Shown piece by piece: positions 1-8,398 of a stretch of 11,159 nt of DNA. Source of the stretch: Fonticula alba ATCC 38817 (Eukaryota > Protista > Nucleariida); NCBI GenBank assembly GCA_000388065.2, contig KB932202.1; one strand, written 5' to 3'. The notes under the pieces are model-generated. The model saw nothing but the letters and a program-made list of their open reading frames with translations, was not told where the DNA came from and searched no databases. Position 1 is the stretch's first letter; each line of letters starts with the position of its first letter. The position numbers and the translations under genes are program-made.

Positions 1-182
1 GCGTCGAGAAGAGGACAGAGGGGGAAGGAAGGGGGAGATCAGTAAGGGGAGAGGGGCAAAGCAAGATTGGAGGACTGAGAGAGAGAGAGAGAGAAAAAGC
101 AGGCAGGCACAGGCCAGGGGAGGGGAGACAGTGCGAGGGCGCCGGAAGAGGAGGGCGACAGGAAATCCACCACCGCACGCAC
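1..182 (-). other. Spliceosomal intron of PPTC7 (5' part; acceptor just beyond the window start)
   Basis: Minus strand reads CAGA|GTGCGT at 182, then (CT)9, a branch-like TACTGAT (44-38) and a pyrimidine tract ending ...TTCTCGACGC at base 1. The terminal AG itself is not visible. Confidence 0.8.
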
Positions 183-2517
183 TCTGAATGTCGATGTCGC
201 TGGTGGAAATGCTGGCCGCCATGGGGCCGGAAGAGTCGGCCCCGGTCGCGGCCGCGGCCGCGGCGGTCTTCTTGCCCACCTCGGCCACCGTGTGCGAAAT
301 GGAGGACATGATGCGGTCGACAACCGACGCGTCGAAGACATTGTCCCACAGGCCGTCCGTGCCGAGGACAATCACATCGCCCGGGCGCGGGTCCAGCAGG
401 GCGGTGGCGCGAGCGACACCCGCCGCCGGCGAGGACCCGCCGCCACCGCCAGCAGCAGCGGACCAGCTGGCCGGCCGGCCGTCCGGCTCGCCCAGGCGGT
501 ACAGATCCGGCTCGTGGTACGCATCGGCCTGGAGCTGGGCCGGGCAGTTGAACCCGAGCAGCTGGTCCTGCGTGCGCAGGAGAACCAGCGCCGACATCGG
601 GGCACTGCCGCCGCCGCCGCCGGCGCCCCCGGCAGAGGAGGAGGATCCCCCCTTGCCGGCGGCGGAGTCCCCGATGGTGGTGCCCATGGCCGAGGTCACC
701 TTGGCCGGGGCCCCCATGCCGAAGGAGAAGGGCGACATGGGGAAGGCCGAGGCCGGGTTGGCCACCCGGTCACCGGACCCGATGAAGTCCCCCCGGTCGC
801 CGGGGCCGCCGGCAGCAGCGCCGCCGGCACCGAACCACACCTCCCCGGACTTGAGGGCGCTATCCCAGCGGGTGAGGCCGGACCCGGGCGAGGTGGCCAG
901 GTGGGGGAGGCCGCCGACCCGGGCGGAGGCCGCCGCCGCCGGGGTCAGAACATGCCGGTGGGCCAGCTCGGCCGCGGCCGAAATCTCCTCCTCCGTGGGG
1001 AAGGGCCGGATGATCATGGCCCCGCTGTCGCCGAGATTGCCGACCTCCAGGATCCAGGTGACCGAGGCGCCGGCGGCCGCGGCCGCCGCGGCCGCCTGCT
1101 GCTGCGCGCTGCTGCCGGCCGATCCCATGCCCCCCAGGGGCAGCCCCAGCTCGTGGTTGATGTCCACCGAGTCCGAGGAGCTAGGCAGGGCCGTGGACCC
1201 GGGGGACGAGGAGGCGGAGGGCCCGCTGCCGCCGCCACCGGAGCGGCCATGGCCGAGGAGCCCGGCCTGCGCCGCCCGCTCGGCGGCCACCTCCACCGGG
1301 GTCGGACGCAGGACCGCCACGCAGGCGGTCGCGCTGCCGGGCACATTGTGGCCGATGGCCTGCCACGACCGGCGGATGATGGCCGATGGCGCGTGGTCGC
1401 AGATGGCCGCGAAGGCGCCGGTGGCGCTGCCGGGCCCCGGGCCACGGAGCTGGGCCCCGGCGTAGGCCGCGTCCCCGGCCCCGCCGTCATGCAGCAGCGG
1501 CTCATCCTCGTCATTGTCCGAGCCGGCCGGCGTCAGCAGACCGGAGGACACCCGGGTGCCGAGGCTGCCGGAGGACGCGGCCCCGCTGGCGGCCGGCCCC
1601 CGGCCGGGGACCACCCCGCCATCCAGCCCGGCCAGGTAGGCCTCGCAGGCGGCGCGCTCATGCGCCGACAGGCGATCCGAGAACTCGGACGAGTAGTGCA
1701 TCAGCAGGCGCGAGTAGAAGGCACTGCTGATGCCGTAGGAGGACCAGCCACCGACACCGTCGCTGACACCGGCCACATGCCACTGGCCGCCCGGGTAGGC
1801 CGGCCCGGCGGGGGGGGTGGCGGCGTCGTCGCCCGGGGACCGCCCCCCGGCCGGGCCGCCGCCATCGCCGCCGGTCGCCGAGGCGGTGGAGAAGGCAAAC
1901 AGCGCGTCCTCCCCGAACTGGGAGCTCGCCGTGAAGGGCTTGCCGTCGGCCGAGGTCTGCCGCAGCAGGCCGGTCTCCAGGTCCGCATGCAGGCGCACAT
2001 TGAAGGCGTGCGCCGCCACGGCCAGCAGGTGCGATTCCCGGGGGGTGGCCTCGTGCGGGGCCACCGTGGCATGCGACATCCCGGCGAAGGCGGTCCGCAT
2101 GCGCAGGCTGTTGGACCGCGTGGCCCGGTTGATGGGCCCGCCGGAGGGCGGAGCCGGCGACCCGATGCCAAGCCCGGTCGTCGGCAGGGTGCTGTCCACG
2201 GCCGCCCCCCCGGCCAGCGGGTGCGGCGTCTGGTGCGGGGAGGTGGCCTCGGCGGCCCCGGACTCCGGCATGTCGGACCCGGCGGCGGTCGCCCCGATGC
2301 CGGTGGCGTCCGACGCCCCGGCCGACGACGAGGCGGCGCTCGTCGAGAACCTGGCCAGCTGCCCGAGCCCGCCGAAGAACGGGCCATTCGGGCTGGTCGC
2401 CACGCCGAGGGCGCCATGCGACCCGGCGAACAGCGACCGAGTCACGGTGCCGGAGGAGGCGGCCACCGCGGCCGCGGCCGCCATCGAGGGGGAGGTGCTC
2501 ACAAGGGCGCGGAGCAT
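183..2517 (-). CDS. PPTC7: PTC7/PPTC7-family PP2C (PPM) Ser/Thr phosphatase, main coding exon (778 codons + 1 nt); C-terminal exon(s) lie left of the window
   Basis: Manual translation of the minus frame in register with + ORF 292..3159. ATG at 2517 gives MLRALVSTSPSMAAAAAVAASSGTVTRSLF...LARFSTSAA. Family motifs follow in order: FGEDALFAFS (1917-1888), GVSDGVGGW (1770-1744), GSATACVAVLR (1338-1306), GNLGDSGAMIIR (1041-1006), RTQDQLLGFNCPAQL (576-532), GDVIVLGTDGLWDNVFD (381-331). These match yeast Ptc7/human PPTC7 (GED/GDD, GVADGVGGW, ANLGDS, FNxPxQL, ILATDGxxDN). No in-frame stop. Exon ends at a GTGCGT donor (182). The final GGKxDDITV motif is not in the window. Confidence 0.93.
2443..2517 (-). 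other. Start of a putative mitochondrial targeting presequence of PPTC7 (may extend to about ARFST near 2340)
   Basis: N-terminus MLRALVSTSPSMAAAAAVAASSGTV is Ala/Ser/Thr-rich with Arg and has no Asp/Glu in about the first 65 residues, ending in an ARF|ST-like R-2/R-3 site. PTC7 orthologues are mitochondrial. Judged by eye only. Confidence 0.6.
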
Positions 2518-2542
2518 AGATGCCGCTGCGGGGGAGGGGGGG

Positions 2543-2884
2543 NNNNNNNNNNNNNNNNNNNNNNNNNNNNNNNNNNNNNNNNNNNNNNNNNNNNNNNNNN
2601 NNNNNNNNNNNNNNNNNNNNNNNNNNNNNNNNNNNNNNNNNNNNNNNNNNNNNNNNNNNNNNNNNNNNNNNNNNNNNNNNNNNNNNNNNNNNNNNNNNNN
2701 NNNNNNNNNNNNNNNNNNNNNNNNNNNNNNNNNNNNNNNNNNNNNNNNNNNNNNNNNNNNNNNNNNNNNNNNNNNNNNNNNNNNNNNNNNNNNNNNNNNN
2801 NNNNNNNNNNNNNNNNNNNNNNNNNNNNNNNNNNNNNNNNNNNNNNNNNNNNNNNNNNNNNNNNNNNNNNNNNNNNNNNNNNNN
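2543..2884. other. Assembly gap (342 N)
   Basis: N run flanked by G-rich tracts; hides the region immediately upstream of the PPTC7 acceptor at 2526-2527. Confidence 1.
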
Positions 2885-3291
2885 GGGGCCGGTGGGAGGG
2901 GGAAGGAGGGGGAGACGGCGAGAGGGAGGGGGGATTGGTGATCTATCGGCCAGCGGAGGCCAGGGGGGGGTCGGGGATCCGGCCGCGGAAAAACCCGCGC
3001 CCAGGGCGACACGCCCTCCCCCCCGCCCCCTTGGGTGCCTGCCGCGAAGCCGGGAGGAAACCCCCCGGGGTTGGGGACCAGCGCCAGAGTGAGGGGGCGG
3101 GGGTGCGAGAGGAAGTGTGCCTCCTCGTCCGGGATCCATGTGGAGGACGGGCAGCGTAGGCGGCGGACATCGGGACACTGGCCTGGGCTTCCCCCCCTGC
3201 CTGCGGCCGGCCCCCTGGCCCCGGGGCGGCCCCAACCTCCGGGACGCGGAGTCCAGAGCAAGCGGCGGCAGCCGCCTCGGAGCCGGCAATA

Positions 3292-3587
3292 TTAACTCTC
3301 TGCCAGTCGACTACCGCCGGGGGCCCCCGCCCCCCCGCCCCCCGGGCCTGATAGCAGCCCGGGAGCACGCACGCCCCAGACCACCAGGGGCGCGCCTGCA
3401 GCTGGAGCTGCGCACCACACGACACACCGAGAGACGAGGGCGGCTGGGAGCAGCCCCGTCCGGCCCCCCTCGGCTGTCCTTGTGGATGTACGTGCGCATG
3501 GGCGCATGGTGGCAGAGGGGGGCGGGGGCGGGGGCGGGGCGGGGGCGGGACACCCAGACACACTCAGACACACACGCACACACACAT

Positions 3588-3631
<44 letters not shown>

Positions 3632-4226
3632 GGGCCGGCGCCAGTGCGGGGGGGCGCGACGGGGGAAATGCGAAAAAAAAAAAAAAAAAAAAGGACACAA
3701 GGGAGAGGGACACGACGACAGTGGGCGACACTTCGGTCACGGGACGCACGTGATAGCCATGAAATTGAGGGCGCCCACGCCGAGATGCGCTTTTGGAAGG
3801 CGCCCTGGTGAAGGGGCTGCTGGCTGCCGATGATGGCGGCGTCGCCGGCGGGATCCGGCTGGCCAGCGGCACCGCCGGTGGCCGGCTCGTCCCCGTGCAG
3901 CGGCCGCTGGCCGGGGTCCCGGGCAATGGACCCCCCCCCGGTGGCGGAGAGCTCGGCCAGCGGGAGGCCCGGCACCACCATCACACCTGCCGGGGCGCCG
4001 CCGCTCAGGGCCGGTTGCAGGCTGGCGGTCTGGGCCGCGGCCGCGGCCACCGCGCCGGCCACCGCCGCATGTAGATCGCCCCCGGCGCGGGTGTCCGTCG
4101 CCGGCCGGTGCTCGCCGCTGCTGGGCAGCACCCAGACGGCGGCGCTGCGGTGCCCATCTTCGGTCGGGTCCATCTCCTGTGTGTCGGCGCCCTCGTGGGG
4201 GTTATTATCGGCGTTGCTGCTGTTGT

Positions 4227-4270
<44 letters not shown>

Positions 4271-4274
4271 ATGT

Positions 4275-4312
<38 letters not shown>

Positions 4313-5028
4313 CGGCTGCCAAGGGCGGCGCTGGGGCTGACGCCGTTGTCGGTGCTGCTAGCAGCGCTGCCGACCGTGCTGCCGACCGTGCTGCTGGTCG
4401 TGGTGGTCGTGGTGATGGGAACCAATGGGTCGACGGGGCTGCGATTCGAGGGCCGGGCGGATTCGGCGACTGAGGGCGCGCCGTCCGGGCGCGCGAGGAC
4501 ACTGGTGAAGCCCGACGACCGGACATCGGCCGGGCTGTCGGCATCCGCAGCCGGTGCAGCCGGTGCCTCGGTCGGCAGAGGTACCATCCGCACGAAGGAT
4601 GTGGCTGCCAGGCTCAGGGGGCTCAGGGCGCCAGGCATGAGCACCGTCTGTGGAGACAGCTTGCCGCCGGGGCTGCTGTTGCTGCTGCCGCCGCCGCCAC
4701 CGCCACCGCCACTGCCGCTGTGAATGGACCCCGGCACCAGTGCCCCGGGCCCGGAGGTGGCAAAGGGCTTCGGGGAAGATCGGAAGAGCGTCGTGTTGCT
4801 GCTGCCGCCGCCGCCACCGCCACCGCCACTGCCGCTGTGAATGGACCCCGGCACCAGTGCCCCGGGCCCGGAGGTGGCAAAGGGCTTCGGGGACATTTGC
4901 GGCGACCCGCCGGGGGAGGGCGATGACGAGGAGAGGATCAACAGCGAGGCCGACAGCGAGGGGGAGAGCTGTGCCGACAGGAGGGCCGGGCTGCAGCAGG
5001 GTATGGCGCTGGTCGGGGAGTTGCTCAT
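3292..5028 (-). CDS. Hypothetical low-complexity (Ser/Asn/Gly/Ala/Pro-rich, likely disordered) protein; tentative exons 5028-3750 and 3407-3292 (464 aa as assembled, 425 aa after removing the adapter artefact)
   Basis: Part of track ORF 3292..5838(-). Codons in 5028-3750 are GC3-biased (MSNSPTSAIP...EMDPTEDGHRSAAVWVLP...HQGAFQKRISAWAPSISWLS). A GTGCGT donor at 3749 precedes T20, (TG)n and C tracts. A phase-compatible GCGCAG acceptor at 3408 leads to TAA at 3294-3292. No domain recognised; start and last exon are uncertain. Confidence 0.6.
3408..3749 (-). other. Putative intron (342 nt, multiple of 3, no in-frame stop) in the hypothetical gene
   Basis: GTGCGT...GCGCAG boundaries, phase 1 at both ends. 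Contains T20 (3673-3692), (TG)19 (3591-3628) and C-rich runs that would otherwise translate as FFFFFF and VCVCVC. Confidence 0.55.
4214..4312 (-). repeat. Coding tri/hexanucleotide repeat (AGC)n/(AGCAAC)n encoding poly-Ser and Ser-Asn
   Basis: Plus strand GCT/GTTGCT arrays; minus frame SSSSSSSNSSSSNISNSNSNSNSNSNSNNNSSN. Confidence 0.85.
4677..4893 (+). repeat. Perfect 100-bp direct repeat (4677-4776 and 4794-4893, period 117) flanking the adapter; artefactual duplication
   Basis: Base-by-base identity of TGTTGCTGCTGCCGCCG...CAAAGGGCTTCGGGGA in both copies; visible in the track as duplicated SPKPFATSGPGALVPGSIHSGSGGGGGGGGSSN. Confidence 0.95.
4777..4796 (+). other. Illumina TruSeq adapter sequence embedded in the assembly
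   Basis: Exact AGATCGGAAGAGCGTCGTGT, the reverse complement of the 3' end of the Read 1 primer/universal adapter (ACACGACGCTCTTCCGATCT). Translates as TTLFRS on the minus strand. Confidence 0.97.
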
Positions 5029-5032
5029 CACG

Positions 5033-5453
5033 CTGGAGAGTGGGGACAGGGGAATCCGGATGAAAGGCTGTCTTCCAAGGGGGGGGGGGGGGGGGGGGAG
5101 GATCTCAGGTAGCCGAGGAGGACTGAGACGAGTGGGTGGTGGTGTGACGAGGAAGCCCGGAGGGGAGGGCGGAGAGAGACCGAGACAGCGGGGTGTGAGC
5201 GGGGGGGGGGGGAGGCAGATCGAAGCGGGGCATTGGTTCCACGCGCTTCCCGGCGTGGCTGGATGCGGCTCGCAGGGCAGCCGCCAGCAGGGGCGGCCCC
5301 CGAGGGGGAGAGAGGGAGATACGCACCTTCCGCTGGGCTGGTGGGGGGGGGCGGGCGGGCGGCAGAGGGAGATGTGTGTGGTTTCTTTTCGGCAGGAGGG
5401 GGCTTCGGCACTGCGGGGATGAAAAGACCGGGGGGGACAGTGGGGCAACTCAC
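5033..5453 (-). other. Putative intron (421 nt) upstream of the hypothetical gene's main exon
   Basis: Perfect GTGAGT donor at 5453-5448; C homopolymers inside; CCCCTGTCCCCACTCTCCAG acceptor ending at 5033, 4 nt before ATG 5028. Splicing would also put ATG 5461 in frame (MRVVMSNS...). Confidence 0.55.
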
Positions 5454-5941
5454 ACGCGCATGCGCAGTGCGAGAGAAGGGGCGAGGTGGCTCTGGGCGCC
5501 GGGGGAGGGAGGACGACGCGTCGCTCGGACAACAGAAAACCCGACAGGAGAAGGCCAGGCTCTGGGGGGGGGTCGAGAGAGGCGGGGAGCGGTAACAGGG
5601 GACGGCGCGCGGTCGTGGGCGTGGGAGGATGGTAGGAAAGTCGTAGCAAGGAGTTGTCCAACTGGTGCTCGCCCCGGCCGGGCATGTATTTGAATTCGAG
5701 ATCGCGCGGGCCCGGACGCGGCCGATCGCCGAGCCCCCGGCCAGGCCTCCCGCCCGCCCGCCAAGGGCGGCGTGGTCCAGCTACCTCGCGCATGCGCGCC
5801 ATCCCTCCTCCCCCGCACGGGAGATGGCAGTCAGGCACCCTGGGGGCGCGTGCGCTGCGCGATCTCGGCCAGCCGATGGGCCCGTTTCACCTAGCCCACA
5901 ACACCTGGCCGACCCCGCAGGCGCCCCTGTGTGACCCCGCC

Positions 5942-5943
<2 letters not shown>

Positions 5944-5989
<46 letters not shown>
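5944..5989 (+). repeat. (AG)23 microsatellite
   Basis: Direct reading. Confidence 0.98.
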
Positions 5990-5993
<4 letters not shown>

Positions 5994-6627
5994 GGCCTGG
6001 GCCCCCGGCGCGCGGGCTCGCCCGGCCCTCTCGGGCTTTGGGCACGGATACGGGTGCATGTGTGACCGCCCCGGGGTGCCCCGCGTGAGGGCCGCACACG
6101 GGCGGGAGGGGGGGGGGGGGATCGTGCCGGAGGGGATCTCCAAGCCCAACCGACGCCGTGGTTGGGGCTGGGGGGGGGCGGGGGCGGACGCAGGATTCCC
6201 CCCCCCTCTCCGTGGCCGGACACCCGGCCCGGGCGGCGCGGCGGGAAAGGGCGGGAATAATGGGGAAAAAAAATAATAAAACCCGCACGCCCACGCCAAG
6301 TGCCGCCGACGACCGGGGCCCCGAGGCCGGGCTCGCGCCGCGAGGCGGGCCCGCATCTGCTCGGCTCCCGTGGGCGCCCAATCGCGGTGGTGCCCCTCGC
6401 CCCCCTCGCCCCCCCCCCGGGCCCCGGTCTCGCGTCGCCGGCGAACACCCCAACGCGGTGCCCCTCGCACCCGGGCCGGATCCGCCCGGGGCAGGAATGC
6501 AGGTGCCGGCCGGGGAGGGGGGGACGAGGCCGGCCGGGCTGGCAGCGCACCGGCAGGGATTGGCCGGCTTCGTGCGCCCCCGCCGGTCGGCCTCCCTGCC
6601 GGGGGGGGGGGGGGGCCGGCCGGGGGC

Positions 6628-7281
6628 NNNNNNNNNNNNNNNNNNNNNNNNNNNNNNNNNNNNNNNNNNNNNNNNNNNNNNNNNNNNNNNNNNNNNNNNN
6701 NNNNNNNNNNNNNNNNNNNNNNNNNNNNNNNNNNNNNNNNNNNNNNNNNNNNNNNNNNNNNNNNNNNNNNNNNNNNNNNNNNNNNNNNNNNNNNNNNNNN
6801 NNNNNNNNNNNNNNNNNNNNNNNNNNNNNNNNNNNNNNNNNNNNNNNNNNNNNNNNNNNNNNNNNNNNNNNNNNNNNNNNNNNNNNNNNNNNNNNNNNNN
6901 NNNNNNNNNNNNNNNNNNNNNNNNNNNNNNNNNNNNNNNNNNNNNNNNNNNNNNNNNNNNNNNNNNNNNNNNNNNNNNNNNNNNNNNNNNNNNNNNNNNN
7001 NNNNNNNNNNNNNNNNNNNNNNNNNNNNNNNNNNNNNNNNNNNNNNNNNNNNNNNNNNNNNNNNNNNNNNNNNNNNNNNNNNNNNNNNNNNNNNNNNNNN
7101 NNNNNNNNNNNNNNNNNNNNNNNNNNNNNNNNNNNNNNNNNNNNNNNNNNNNNNNNNNNNNNNNNNNNNNNNNNNNNNNNNNNNNNNNNNNNNNNNNNNN
7201 NNNNNNNNNNNNNNNNNNNNNNNNNNNNNNNNNNNNNNNNNNNNNNNNNNNNNNNNNNNNNNNNNNNNNNNNNNNNNNNNN
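6628..7281. other. Assembly gap (654 N) in the divergent intergenic region
   Basis: N run between a G homopolymer and a (CG)n tract. Confidence 1.
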
Positions 7282-7288
7282 GGCCGGG

Positions 7289-7308
7289 CGCGCGCGCGCG
7301 CGCGCGCG
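7289..7308. repeat. (CG)10 alternating tract
   Basis: Direct reading. Confidence 0.95.
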
Positions 7309-7640
7309 GCATGCGCGGCGCGTTCCACGCCCGTCCCCCAGACACGTCCCCCGCCGCACCCTGGGGGGGGGGAGCATGTCGCGCGACCGTCGAGCAACGC
7401 GGCTGAAAGCGGCCCGCCCGGCCCCGGTCCGGGGTAGGACTTCACTTGACCGCGCTCCGTGCGCGCGCTCCCGCTCGCGAGTTCTCGCGGGTCCTCCGCG
7501 CCTGGGGCCGTGTGTGTGAATTAAATAATATTTTTTTTTTGCCGGCTCGTCCTCCCGGCCCCAGGTCCCGACGCCGCCCGCCCGGGCGCGGGACCCGTTC
7601 TGGTCGGAGGCCCGGGGTGATGGCAGCGGTGGCGACGACA

Positions 7641-7673
7641 CGGCGGCGGCGGCGGCGGCGGCGACGGCGGCGG
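7641..7673 (+). repeat. (CGG)n trinucleotide repeat with one interruption, in the probable PTH2 leader
   Basis: CGGCGGCGGCGGCGGCGGCGGCGACGGCGGCGG; it produces the poly-Arg stretches of track ORFs 7446..8060 and 7442..7780. Confidence 0.9.
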
Positions 7674-7781
7674 TTCGGGCCGCCGCCAGCCCGGGGCCTC
7701 TGCACGGGAGCGCTTTTTGGAGATATTTCAGGCCAAGTGGAGCTTTGGGCGGCCACCGGGGAACGCCATTCGCGCATCACG

Positions 7782-8060
7782 GTAACGAATCACACCCCCT
7801 CGGCGCGGGCATCGCGCCCCTTGGCCCTTCCCGCCAGGAGCATGCCCGCCGTCCTTGGGTGTGCCCTGTCCTGCGGCCCCCCGCCCCCCGGACGCGTGCC
7901 GCTGCACGCGGGGCGAGGGGTCTCAGTCTTTTTTTTTTGCCACCCACACGGATCGCCCTCGGGGGGGAGGCCCGGCGAGGCCCGACATATGCCTCTCCCC
8001 CCCCCCCCCTTTGCCTGCTCTTTGCCCGCCCGCGCCCCCTGCCTCGACGTTGCCCAGTAG
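7782..8060 (+). other. Putative 5'-UTR intron of PTH2
   Basis: Donor-like ACG|GTAACG at 7782; T and C tracts at 7929-8040; tandem acceptor CAG/TAG at 8055-8060, followed by CCCCGCC-ATG. The donor is non-optimal. Confidence 0.4.
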
Positions 8061-8067
8061 CCCCGCC

Positions 8068-8356
8068 ATGTCCTCGCCGGCCAACAACCTTCCGGATTCC
8101 GGAGCCAACTGCCTCGGGTCCTTCCTGTCGCAGGCGTGCGAGAACTCCACCCATGCCGGGGCCTTCACCCTGGCCGGAGTGGCCCTCGGTGGGCTGCTGG
8201 TGGCTCTGCTCCTGCGGTCCTCCTCCTCCTCCTCCTCCGTCAACTCGGCCAGCAAGGCCTCGCCGCAGCCGGTGCCCGGGGAGACCGGCCGCCTGCCGTG
8301 CGCCGCTTGCGGCTCGACCGCCTGTTGCGGCAATGGCGGCACCCCGCCGGCCGCCA

Positions 8357-8398
<42 letters not shown>

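Noticed and set aside
292-3159. 955-aa plus-strand ORF (also 188..1465 and 1817..2941)
   Set aside because: Antisense shadows of the PTC7 exon; Gly/Arg/Ala-rich with no motifs, and two of them run through the N gap.
3830-4723. Plus-strand ORF with a long poly-Leu stretch resembling a signal peptide or TM helix
   Set aside because: Antisense reading of the (AGC/AAC)n Ser/Asn repeat of the minus-strand gene.
4677-4893. Repeat-spacer-repeat as a mini-CRISPR, target-site duplication or real tandem exon duplication
   Set aside because: The spacer is an exact Illumina adapter; only two repeats, each about one read length; eukaryotic context with no cas or transposase genes.
5029-5838. N-terminal 270 aa of track ORF 3292..5838
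   Set aside because: Crosses C homopolymers and a GT-AG bounded intron candidate; openness is explained by GC content. A short coding exon upstream of 5453 cannot be excluded.
5781-7641. Six 350-580 aa ORFs spanning the central region
   Set aside because: Their length is mostly X from the 654-N gap; the flanks are low-complexity Arg/Pro/Gly.
7620-8060. Poly-Arg peptide MAAVATTRRRRRRRRRRR as a regulatory uORF or protamine-like gene
   Set aside because: Direct product of the (CGG)n microsatellite. It could be a uORF in the PTH2 leader, but nothing beyond the ATG supports this.
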